A program made the translations under genes and the position numbers. DNA of 64,000 bases from Hormiphora californensis (taxonomy: Eukaryota > Animalia > Ctenophora), in NCBI GenBank assembly GCA_020137815.1, contig CM035353.1:4650001-4714000 (forward strand), given 5' to 3'. The notes below the pieces were generated by a model. It searched no databases. It was not told the DNA's origin and saw nothing but the letters and a program-made list of their open reading frames with translations. This document shows positions 13,118 through 27,347 of this stretch, in pieces (the first letter of the stretch is position 1; each line of letters opens with the position of its first letter).

Positions 13118-13257
13118 AGAATGTTGATTCCGACTCGCCAGATGCGAGATTTGTATGTGGCAAGTGTGGCTACAAAAACAGCCACAAGGGGAACCATGAC
13201 AGACACTGTGCTACACATATGCCCAGTATATTTCAGATGAAGTACCACAGGATTTGA
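13118..13257 (+). CDS. Putative exon with one C2H2 zinc finger
   Basis: 13150-13218 translates FVCGKCGYKNSHKGNHDRHCATH (C-x2-C-x12-H-x3-H); CTACAG acceptor at 13117. Confidence 0.55.
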
Positions 13258-15047
13258 CTGGATCCAGCGTATCTTCATATAATCTAGACTTATCACTTTG
13301 TTTTTTATTCAAACGTTATAGATATTAATTCATTATAAATTTAATACATTGCCGGTTATTACAAGGGAACATGCTGTCAAGAAGTGACTAGCATTCCGTC
13401 ACAGCTATCAAGCTAAATAAATGGATGAAGGCACGAATTTCCAGACCATAGGAATTCGGATACTACCAGTGCGGACCGGGAACTGTATCTGCTACGTTGG
13501 CCATCCCTAGATGTGGGGAAGAAAAACGACGGTGATACCCTGGGGAAACTAGTGTACAATACGATATATGTGTACTTGGAGTAACACCGACAAAAATGTA
13601 TTATAGGAGAACCCGCGGAACCCCAAATGGTCTAAAATTCTACATCGCAGGTGAACAAAAATATTGCTCGACATGTAACTACAGAATATTTTAACAACAA
13701 AAATTAAAAAATAACTGTCAATTGTATAAGCACTAGAGACAGATTCTGAGTGTAACAAGTGGTCCTGTATAGGAGATAATCGCGGAGTACAGACCGCGGC
13801 AGAGATGATGGTATAGGATGATATTATATGGTGATATAATAAGTATAGCTCATATCATCACACCGGGCTGTATAGGAGATCCACCTAGCAGATTAGTTAT
13901 AATACAGTGAACTACCTGGAGGTCAACATGAATCTGGAAAACCACAAGCCACACAGAAAACCTAATTGGACAGACCTACCAGGATATCGACCAATCGACC
14001 CGGTCCTGTCCTCTATAATAAGCTACTAGAGAAACTGATACTTAATCATCTGTAGACGATAGCTCCTGATATGGGGGACTTTGAGCTAGAATTTATGGTA
14101 CAAGAGGGACCCAATAGATTTGTCTGGAGGGCACCTGGGGGGCTAAAGTATGATCCACCTAATTTTTCGTTTATAAGTACATGTACTTATGTAAATATTT
14201 ATGACCACAAACATGACAATGTCGTAAAAGCCTGCTCCAAAGGACCAACCCTGGATCATAACCACGGATGCTACTCCTACAACAGGTCGTTTCGGCATCA
14301 CTAAAGTGAATGAGGAGGCATATATCTTGTAGACACTACCGCTCTCACTGCTAAGCGTATTTACCTGAACGAACCGCAGGACAAAGAAGTTTTACAAACA
14401 TCGGAAGGAGTGAAAAGGGTCGATATGGGGGACTTTGAGCTAGAATTTATGGTGCAAGAGGGGGCTAATAGATTTGTCAGGAGGATTTGTCTGGAGGGAA
14501 CCTGGGGGGGGGCTAAAGTATGATCCACTTAGCTGGGAATGGCCTAGTAAAGTTCTTTGTAAACTCTCTGTCCCGGTCCTGGCACCAGGGTCACGTGGAA
14601 TATGGTCGTTCCCCCCACTGAAGAAATCGAAAGGGTAGAGAAAGAACTCATGGACAGAAAAGCTACAGATAAGGCCATGAGAAAGATGCGAAATTAATCA
14701 GCATTTTGATTATGTTTAGTGTTCCATTTACTAGTTTATTTTAACCTCATAAATTATTGTTTTTAATAAGTTCCACAATGAACTGATCTGCTACATGAAT
14801 AATAAGGTATCCAAAATAATAACCCACAGCACATACCCAAACTCTATCATTACATAATGAGATACTAACTCCCGTTTTAGGGCAATATGTTAACCTTAAA
14901 TCTATTCAAGTCGGAAATCCCTGAGACATTCAAAGATAAACAATTCACTTCGATGCTGTATTTTTTGACTTCCTCAAACCTATCTTGGTATCATTGTTCA
15001 CACCAATATTGTTGGAGGGCGCGATATGACATCGAAGACGCTCATTT

Positions 15048-15083
15048 ATTAGACGTTTCGGCTGTACGGCCATTATCAATAAT
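15048..15083 (-). ncRNA. Inverted copy of the Penelope hammerhead
   Basis: Reverse complement of 16305-16340 in the left arm. Confidence 0.65.
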
Positions 15084-15573
15084 GCTATGGGGGAATTTAC
15101 ATTAGCACATTACATAAGACATCAATATGTACATAGGGGACAAAATTGTAAAAGACTGGACCAAACGGCAAACACACACAACATAAACAGAAGCCAAAAA
15201 CAAAAAACGAAACTGCTCCTTCATAAAAAACTCTTATTTACATTAATTTACACATGAAATATTATAACAAAATACTAAAAAATGAACCCGTTGTTGCACA
15301 TTTTGTTTAGTGGTGGCCTTAGTCGTGTAATGGCACGGCTCTCTCTGAGATAGGCATCTATGGGGTCTCTACCCTTATTTATTATATCAAAATTGAAAAT
15401 ATTGAAGAATGCATCGTATTCCCTTCTCCCTGCTTGTCCGTATATGAGCTCCGGGTGCATCTCATTAGCGTGTTCTGCTACTGCGGAGCAGTCCACATGT
15501 CCCAATCTGGTGTGAGTTTCACACTACAAGCCCGGCTCCACCAGATGATGAAAAATCCAACAAAATATACATC

Positions 15574-16113
15574 ATGAAACTGCCATACACCAATGAGGGT
15601 GCCCTACGAAAGGTGAAGAAAGCAGTTAAAGAATCTGGGCTGCCGATCCGTGTGGTAACATCTTCGGGAAGAACTGTTGCTAGCTTGGTGAAAAACCATT
15701 ACAACAACAAAGAAGAAAACAGTCAAAACTGTGAATGCGAGCTGCATCAACATGGCATTCCATGCTCGACGGAAAACGTAGTGTACCGTGCTTCGTGCAA
15801 CCTATGCAACAACGGTACCTACATAGGTGTGACAAGCCGCCCTCTGAAACACCGGATCGCCGAGCACGAAACTCACACCAGATTGGGACATGTGGACTGC
15901 TCCGCAGTAGCAGAACACGCTAATGAGATGCACCCGGAGCTCATATACGGACAAGCAGGGAGAAGGGAATACGATGCATTCTTCAATATTTTCAATTTTG
16001 ATATAATAAATAAGGGTAGAGACCCCATAGATGCCTATCTCAGAGAGAGCCGTGCCATTACACGACTAAGGCCACCACTAAACAAAATGTGCAACAACGG
16101 GTTCATTTTTTAG
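15574..16113 (+). CDS. Penelope-like C-terminus: LPY thumb/linker plus GIY-YIG endonuclease
   Basis: KLPY..., NVVYRASCNLC..TYIGVTSRPLKHRIAEH..SAVAEH..E..I..LRPPLN. Confidence 0.9.
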   Translation: MKLPYTNEGALRKVKKAVKESGLPIRVVTSSGRTVASLVKNHYNNKEENSQNCECELHQHGIPCSTENVVYRASCNLCNNGTYIGVTSRPLKHRIAEHETHTRLGHVDCSAVAEHANEMHPELIYGQAGRREYDAFFNIFNFDIINKGRDPIDAYLRESRAITRLRPPLNKMCNNGFIF

Positions 16114-16304
16114 TATTTTGTTATAATATTTCATGTGTAAATTAATGTAAATAAGAGTTTTTTATGAAGGAGCAGTTTCGTTTTTTGTTTTTGGCTTCTG
16201 TTTATGTTGTGTGTGTTTGCCGTTTGGTCCAGTCTTTTACAATTTTGTCCCCTATGTACATATTGATGTCTTATGTAATGTGCTAATGTAAATTCCCCCA
16301 TAGC

Positions 16305-16340
16305 ATTATTGATAATGGCCGTACAGCCGAAACGTCTAAT
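16305..16340 (+). ncRNA. Penelope pLTR minimal hammerhead ribozyme, U3-A8 core variant
   Basis: ATTA-TTGATAA-tGGCcgtacaGCC-GAAA-CGT-C-TAAT, overlapping AATAAA. Confidence 0.7.
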
Positions 16341-16429
16341 AAATGAGCGTCTTCGATGTCATATCGCGCCCTCCAACAATATTGGTGTGAACAATGATAC
16401 CAAGATATACTACCCCACCAGCCTCCACC

Positions 16430-16700
16430 ATCTCCAAATTCCTCAAACCTGTTTATGAGCATTATACCCAGGAGTTAATCCTGCTGAGAATGGTACCAGG
16501 GCACAATACAAATATCAACGATGGTCCATCCTCAGTAAAGCTAAATTCCATGGCAAGCGACGTCAAGAGTTGAGTGTAAACTTGGCCTTGTTGATTTATC
16601 AGCACGGCCACTCCAAACTCTCTGAAATCTGTGATGACCTAGGTCTTCCTGTGAAAGAGGGCCGGACACTCAACCGCCAGAACAACTCCCACATACAAAG
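16430..16700 (+). pseudogene. Kolobok-like ('Mutator-like' domain) transposase C-terminal relic
   Basis: FLKPVYEHYTQELILLRMVPGHNTNIN, then a frameshift, then WSILSKAKFHGKRRQELSVNLALLIYQHG..ICDDLGL; resembles KP.F..L...LL.RC..G.TQN.NES...W...PK..F; further pieces at 14948-14980, 17190-17420 (NINES) and 17790-17835. Confidence 0.55.
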
Positions 16701-17888
16701 GAGAGAATGGGCAGACATACAAGCCCATCTTTTGTTGTTTAACCCCTCTGTTACCCTCAGTCTGGTAAAATACGATGCAAGTACTGTGTCTAAAGACAGG
16801 GTATAAATGGGACATCACTATGGACAAGACCAGGGGGGATCGGGAGGACAAGAAACGGACACCGAAATGGTCAACCATCCTCTACTCTGTTTCTGATCAT
16901 ATAAAGAAAGATGATCATGTGTCTAAGGTAATTCAGTTTATGGCAAAAGTAGTTGTACAAAAACACTTCCGAAGAGATAGTATGTTTTGAAAACATTTCA
17001 ACAGTTTTATACAAACAGACAATGGTCAATTTTTAGTGCTGAGTTATTATTTATCCGTTTTACATAAGAAAGAAAAATGAGTCAATAAGTCAAGAGTAAT
17101 CACTATTATATTAACCACAAGCTAAATACTAAGAAGAAATTCACCGGTGATATATTCCAATTAGGTTATGTATCAACTATCAAAGAGTATCTGACTCTGT
17201 TTTGTGGTCGTTTATATCGGAGGGAAAGTTTCACGGTAAGAGGCGGCAGTACTGGGTTCAACACCTCCCACCCATCTTCTTCGAGTACTGGGGTCAACAC
17301 CTCCCACCCATCGAGTACTGGGTTCAACACCTCCACCTCGATGCTGTATTTTTTGACTTCCTGAAACCTGTTTATGAGGATGGTACCAGGTGACAAAAGA
17401 AACATCAATGAGTCAAGAGTCAATGAGTCAAGAGTAACCACTATATTACTAGTGAAACAAGTTTTGATGAATTTCGTTCTAATAATTACAAGCTAAATAC
17501 TAAGAAGAAACTCACTGGTGATTATATTACAATTAGGTTATGTATCAAAGAGTAAGAATCAATTAACTTAAATAATATTTTTAATTCTCCGATTTGTAAA
17601 GAATTATTTCCTTCTAAAGATCTTTCTTATGAAAATCTGTCTTCTTATGAAGATCTGATGAATTTAGATTCAATATGTGCTATAAATATGAAAAATCTAT
17701 CAGAGCAAAATATATAATTAACTACAAAGATATAGTGCCATGCTGCATTGTAAGGATATGCCATTATGTTATTGTCATTTATATCTGAATCTGTTTTGTG
17801 GTCGTTTATATCGGAAAGTTTCACGGTAAGAGGCAGCATGGCAGGATCAGTTGGCTGACTGCGCCAGCTGGTTAGAAGCGTCTCTCGA

Positions 17889-17975
17889 GGGAGAAAGTGA
17901 TCTGGTAGTCGTGGGAGAAAGTGCTCTGGTAGTCGTGGGAGAAAGTACTCTGGTAGTCGTGGGAGAAAGTGCTCT
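17889..17975. repeat. 24-bp tandem repeat, ~3.5 copies
   Basis: GGGAGAAAGTG(A/C)TCTGGTAGTCGT units. Confidence 0.85.
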
Positions 17976-19261
17976 CCTGAGGACATGAGGACATTGAGAG
18001 AGAATGATCAGGTGATGTGTCTCTGATCGAATTTTATTTAAAGTATTGAAGTATTTTAAATCCCGATTTCTATCCAGCGAGACAGGAAATCCCTAAAGGA
18101 GAAAACTGTGATATTAGGACGAAAGCTAAGGATCATGATGTCAGGAAGGGCGTGATGAGACTCCCATCGACAGCCCTAGAGCTTGAGTCGTGCCAACCGT
18201 TGCACCTCCGACTCAGATCAACGGATTGGACCCTGCATCTTGCCTACAATGTGTTCACCACTGGTCAAGAGCAAAAAAAATTCGGGACCTTTGATAAAGT
18301 TTACCTTGTCGGTAAAAGTTTGTTCGTTTCTTTCCTTTCGAAAATGGAGTTCCGAAGAGCTATATCTACTATAATTGCAATGGAGATATTTTTTCGTCCA
18401 TTTTTCATTCTGTGATAATTTGGGTGGTAACATTATAAAAGTATGCTGTGACCGAGGGGGCTAAAAATATGAAAGACACAGTAGGGGATTCTAGGCAAAG
18501 CCCAAAAGGACGCAGGAAATGAAGACAAAGCGTCCTACATGAATTTATCAGTATCCGGCAGTGTCATACATTCACTGCAATAATCACGTTTCTAACTTAA
18601 GGGGTGCACATAAAAACTGGTAAAAAGGGTGGAGGGACGATTAGCTTGGGAACAAAAGCAGGACCATCGAGATGGCTGTTGCTATACAGGGCCTTTTATT
18701 CTTTAAAAACTGGAAGGGCCATGAGTATGTGCACATTTACGTTTACTCTGTACAGCTATTTGAATATCTGGTTGATAAGGGATTTATATATTATATGGGG
18801 TTTATATAATACATTAGATCGGAATGTATCTACACACTATTCGTGGGATGGCGCAGCTGAACGGACCTTTGATTTCCCTCAAAAGGGGAAATCGATGTGT
18901 AGCGTAGTGTATCAGATATATATTTAAGATTCTAAAGTATCATTCTACCATTGTATCGTATTTTCTGCCCCCAACGATCTCGCGAGATGTTTGTGGAGCA
19001 GGTTTCCACCGTTTATGGCACAGACAAAGAAATGCTGGGTATCAAGGGTGTGAGGACATACCGTGATCTCACGGTCCAGGTGAAACACTGCATATGTCGA
19101 AAGGCACGAAATGACAGTATATACGTTACTGTATGGATTAATGTGAAATTCATCTTCACAGATGCAGTCACTTACAACAATACGCACCATTTACCACATA
19201 TAATAAACATCACAACGCGAGGAACTTAGGTCCACTGTGGGCAAACTCCATGATGAGGTAA

Positions 19262-19945
19262 ATGTATATATATGAGGCATAAACTCTTGCCAGTGGCGCG
19301 TTATTTCAGATACCTTTCTCCCAGCGCGCCGCTGGGAGAAGGTAGCTGTAGTTTATCCGCCACTGGCGGATAAACTGGTTTAAATCACGACGACGATCCC
19401 GAGGCGTAGCCGAGGGAGAGGCGGAGGGGTTTAAACCTATAACGCGTCTGTGGCAAGAGTTTATGGGTTATATACCCTGCTTTAGTTGTTTGTTACAAGT
19501 ATTACACACTAACAAGAGAGAGAACACTAATCAAAACACACAAAGAGAACTGAGAAACAGTCAAAAACATCTCTCAATTGAGTGTACATTGTTTGGTAAC
19601 AGTTACTAAGGAGAGAGAGAAAGAAATAACGAGATATGGGGCATGCCAGACATAACACAGAGGAATTGAGATAGTGAAACAAAAGGGAAGATAAAGAGAG
19701 AGTAATTGACGGAATGTGTTGTTTCTTTCTCTCCAATTTAGTGTGTAACTCTTCCAAACAGTGTTCCCTCTGTATTTCAGTAAGAACTGATCATTTACAC
19801 ACACTTTGAATGTAACATAGGAGTTAAAAATAAATAACCTGCCAGTGGGAAATAATCTGCCGCTGGACTGGCTGGTTATCGAGAGCGCGCTAGTGGGACT
19901 TCTCGCCACTGGCGCATTATTTAAGTTAGCAGGGTATATAACTAG
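19262..19945. mobile_element. Non-autonomous element with nested inverted repeats, possibly Crypton-like
   Basis: IRs 19278-19304 / 19439-19465 and 19467-19481 / 19928-19942; hairpins 19316-19340 and 19350-19376; CCCGAGGCGTAGCCGAGGG at 19398-19416. Confidence 0.45.
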
Positions 19946-20700
19946 GTATCTACACACTGGTACCTCTTGGCACTGTGTGCCATGTGGTAATAGTAATACT
20001 AATAGATGTTAGTATAAAGCTAGGGATGATTCCCGGAGAGTCTAAGGTATTATTCCACTTTTATATTTATTAAGGATCAGGACGAGTCAATCCTGGTTAA
20101 GCTGGGACTAGTCGAGGAGCCAAGTGAGAACAGTGAGGAGGACAATACGGTTCTTGAGGATTCTGAGATAGTCCAAGAGTCTAAGGTATTATTCCACTAA
20201 AAACAATTGGTTTCCTAGCGTAATTAAATTATTTGACATGGCATTTATCATGTGTAACTATTTTTGTCGCAATACCCTCATGATAATTATTGGTCCCCAA
20301 CAATTTTAAATAGGGAATGAAATATAAGATGGCGATTACTTTGATGAGTTTGCGAGGGTAGTCATGCCATGTATCCCATGGAGAGTGGATGGAGATGAAG
20401 ACGGGCAGTGTCATCCGTAGACACTATCTCAGAATATTAAAAACCCTATTCTCTCACCAAATGTACTGCCTGTCGCGGCCGATTCCTAGCACCAATGATC
20501 CGGCATGTTCATTCACCCAACTCTTCCTTTCTATTTCAACTCATTTCACTCACCCCATCATGAACACCCACACAGGTGCCCCCAAAAAGAAAGCTCGTGT
20601 ATCCAGCGCAGCCACCCTAGCACACACAGTACAAAGCTTCGGAGACACATCTACTGACAACGAACAACTCACTTCCACTAAAGGAGTTAGAAGGACCCCC

Positions 20701-21634
20701 GGATATTGATCCATGCACTAGCTGTAAGGCTTACAGGATTTGCCAGGGGTGCAGCACAATTGTTCTGGAAAGCCGCTCCCAAAGACGAGATAGTTCAGCT
20801 ATCTTCCAGCTCCCGGCACAACACCTCCGGCTCCCGGCACAACACCTCCGGCTCCCGGCACAACACCTCCGGCTCCCGGCACAACACCTCCGGCTCCCGG
20901 CACAACACCTCCGGCTCCCGGCACAACACCTCCGGCTCCCGGCACAACCCCTCCGGCTCCCGGCACAACACCTCCGGCTCCCGGCACAACACCTCCGGCT
21001 CCCGGCACAACACCTCCGGCTCCCGGCACAACACCTCCGGCTCCCGGCACAACCCCTCCGGCTCCCGGCACAACACCTCCGGCTCCCGGCACAACACCTC
21101 CGGCTCCCGGCACAACCCCCCTCCCTGTGCTCCTCCAAGGAAGGCTAAGGAGTATGGATATTGATCCATGCACTAGCTGTAAGGCTTACAGGATTTGCCA
21201 GGGGTGCAGCACAATTGTTCTGGAAAGCCGCTCCCAAAGACGAGATAGTTCAGCTATCTTCCAGCTCCCGGCACAACACCTCCGGCTCCCGGCACAACAC
21301 CTCCGGCTCCCGGCACAACACCTCCGGCTCCCGGCACAACACCTCCGGCTCCCGGCACAACACCTCCGGCTCCCGGCACAACACCTCCGGCTCCCGGCAC
21401 AACACCTCCGGCTCCCGGCACAACCCCTCCGGCTCCCGGCACAACACCTCCGGCTCCCGGCACAACACCTCCGGCTCCCGGCACAACACCTCCGGCTCCC
21501 GGCACAACACCTCCGGCTCCCGGCACAACCCCTCCGGCTCCCGGCACAACACCTCCGGCTCCCGGCACAACACCTCCGGCTCCCGGCACAACCCCCCTCC
21601 CTGTGCTCCTCCAAGGAAGGCTAAGGAGTATGGA
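20701..21634. repeat. Tandem duplication (455/476 bp), each unit with a 21-bp minisatellite
   Basis: Units start GGATATTGATCC at 20701 and 21156; (CTCCCGGCACAACACCTCCGG) x15 and x16 with the same variant pattern. Confidence 0.95.
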
Positions 21635-21846
21635 GAGTTTTTAGAAGAGGTCCTGAGGAAATGGGACAAGAATAGGTGAGGAAAGCAGAGGAGTATGATG
21701 ATTTCCTTGAGGAAGTCCTCACGAAGTGGGATAAGAACAAGATTTTCCCCTGGAAGGTATCCAAAAGGACGGACCATTACCAGGAAATACAGGGAACTGT
21801 GAGAGAAGGCTGGCTATTCTCGCATCTCTGATAGAGGAAAGGGGTA

Positions 21847-22066
21847 AAGTCGGATTTTTTGAAACTGTCACCCCCCTGAGTTTTCAAATTTCTTTAAATG
21901 ACCATAAGTCCGGTTCCTGATGAGATAGAGACTTGAAATTTGGAGGTTATAAAGATCTTGCTAAGTTCTTCCGAACCTCCAAATTTCAAGTCTCTATCTT
22001 ATCAGGAACCGGAGATATGACAAATTTGTTATTTCAGGGGGGTGACAGTTTCAAAAAATCCGACTT
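21847..22066. mobile_element. TA-TSD MITE (AAGTCGGATTTTTTGAAACTGTCACCCCC)
   Basis: TIRs, TA flanks and internal palindrome; second copy at 28440. Confidence 0.85.
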
Positions 22067-22119
22067 TACGTGAAATTTAAGGTTATAAAATAGATTATAT
22101 TAAAAAGTGTCCAATTTTT

Positions 22120-24120
22120 CCTCACCATTACTAATCTGAATCAGGCCTGGCTGCAGGCATCTTCAGTCTGGACACGGGACAGTAATCAGTATTTTCTCTT
22201 TACCTTGAAGCTTGACTCACTAGTCAGTTTCCGGCAATCACCTGACACTTTTTTATCACAGCAGCTGGATGCCGACCGCGTTACGGTATATCAACTTGGC
22301 AGCAGGGCAGCCGCTAATAAAATGCACCTATGCCTGCCACCCCCATTACACCGACCACACGGGGATAAGAATGGCGAAGCCGGTTGAGGATGGGCTGGTA
22401 GAGTTACTGGGGGAGGACATCGTTAAAGAAGGGTTTATAGGAGGAACACAAAGTGTCCAATTTTTCCTCAAGGACAGTATTTTTCCGTGGGTCTGGACAG
22501 GAAGGTTACAAAAAATAGAAATATGTCAGTAAATATTGCTGCTATCAATTTCATTCTGTATAGGACAGTGGATAAAGAAGGCGACACGCAAGTTCGTGGT
22601 CGACTACTACAACGAAATAAGGGAAAAGAGTTTGTGTTTGTGCGACCAATACCAACACCAACACCGATCCTTTCTGAGCCAGGTCAATTGCCTAGCCTCA
22701 CAGCTGTGTGGCTTTGCCAGGGGGCATCAAAGGTAAAGAGGGAAGCTGTGCCAACAGAAGAGACAGTTCGGGCAGCCGAAAGGGTGCTGTATCTGTTGTA
22801 CCACCTGCCACAGGGAGGAAAAAGCATGAGGGATTATTTTGTGCAGTGCAAGTCAGATTTAGGAATACCCCTTCCTCTATCCATCACGTGCGATGGAAAC
22901 ACGTACAAGACAAAGTAAGAATCTTCAATCACCATTACTAATCTGAATCAGGCCCGGCTGCAGGCATCTTGAGTCTGGAAACGGGACAGTAATTAGTATT
23001 TTCTCTTTACCTTGAAGCTTGACTCACTAGTCAGTTTCCGGCAATCACCTAACACTTTTTTATCACAGCAGCCGATTGCCGACCGCGTTACGGTATGTGA
23101 ACCAGGCACCGGGGCAGCCACTCATCAAGTGCACATACGCCTGCCACCCCCATTATACTGACCACACGGGGATAGGCATGGCTAAGAAATATGTCAGTAA
23201 ATATTGATGTTATCAATTTCATTCTGCAATATAGGACAGTGGATAAAGAAGGCTACACGCAAGTTCGTGGTCGACTACTACAACGAAATAAGGGTGGGAA
23301 AAGAGTTTGTGTTTGTGCGACCAATACCAACACCAACACCAAACCTTTCTGAGCCAGGTCAATTGCCTAGCCTCACAGCTGTGTGGCTTTGCCAGGGGGG
23401 GCATCAAAGGTCAATGGCCTCACAGCTGTGTGGCTTTGCCAGGGGGGCAGCAAAGGTAATGAGGGAAGCTGAGTAAATATTGCTGCTATCAATTTCATAC
23501 TGTCATGTGTCCCCAGGAGAGTGGATAAAAACGAGAACTCACAGGTATGTGGTTCGCCATTATTCCCGAATCCATGCGGGGAAGGAATATGTTTTAGGAT
23601 GGGAAAAAATCTACTGTGGCCGGTCTTTCCCGTCACAAATTAGGTCAATGGCCTCAAGGCTTTATGGATTTGCTAGGGGGGCAGCAAAGGTAATGAGGGA
23701 AGCTGTGCCAACAGAAGATACAGTTCGGGCAGCCGAAAGGGTGCTGTATCTGTTGTACCACCTGTCACAGGGTGGAAGAAGCATGAGAGAATGTGACTGT
23801 TTGAGTCAATTTCATACTGTCATGTGTCCCCAGGAGAGTGGATAAAAACGAGAACTCACAGGTATGTGGTTCGCCATTATTCCCGAATCCATGCGGGGAA
23901 GGAATATGTTTTAGGACGGAAAAAAATCTACTGTGGCCGGTCTTTCCCGTCACAAATTAGGTCAATGGCCTCAAGGCTTTATGGATTTGCTAGGGGGCAT
24001 CAAAGGTAATGAGGGAAGCTGTGCCAACAGAAGAGACAGTTCGGGCAGCCGAAAGGGTGCTGTATCTGTTGTACCATCTGCTACAGGGAGGAAGATCCAC
24101 GAGAGAATGAGACTGTTTGT
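22120..24120 (+). repeat. Tandem cluster of degenerate copies of an unknown coding module
   Basis: Repeated blocks encoding GQW/GEWIK..VV..Y..I and MAS.L.GFARGAAKVMREAVPTE.TVRAAERVLYLLYHL; 22123-22380 duplicated at 22930-23185. Confidence 0.75.
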
Positions 24121-24185
24121 AGTGAGGTTATTTGAGCCATGTTTGTAGTTCAGGCAGTCAAAAAGGCGCCTGACTGCATTATTAT

Positions 24186-27347
<3,162 letters not shown>

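Larger units (their letters stand above)
14981..16407 (+). mobile_element. 5'-truncated Penelope-like retroelement with inverted pseudo-LTR
   Basis: 540-bp inverted arms 14981-15520 / 15868-16407 around a GIY-YIG ORF; hammerhead in the pLTR. Confidence 0.9.

Noticed and set aside
20731-21777. Elastin-like (VPGAGG) and Cys-rich repetitive ORFs
   Set aside because: By-products of a stop-free 21-bp minisatellite
21915-21950. CTGATGA...GAAA hammerhead-like motif in the TA MITE (also ~28502)
   Set aside because: No stem II or adequate stem I pairing; it is the shared MITE core motif
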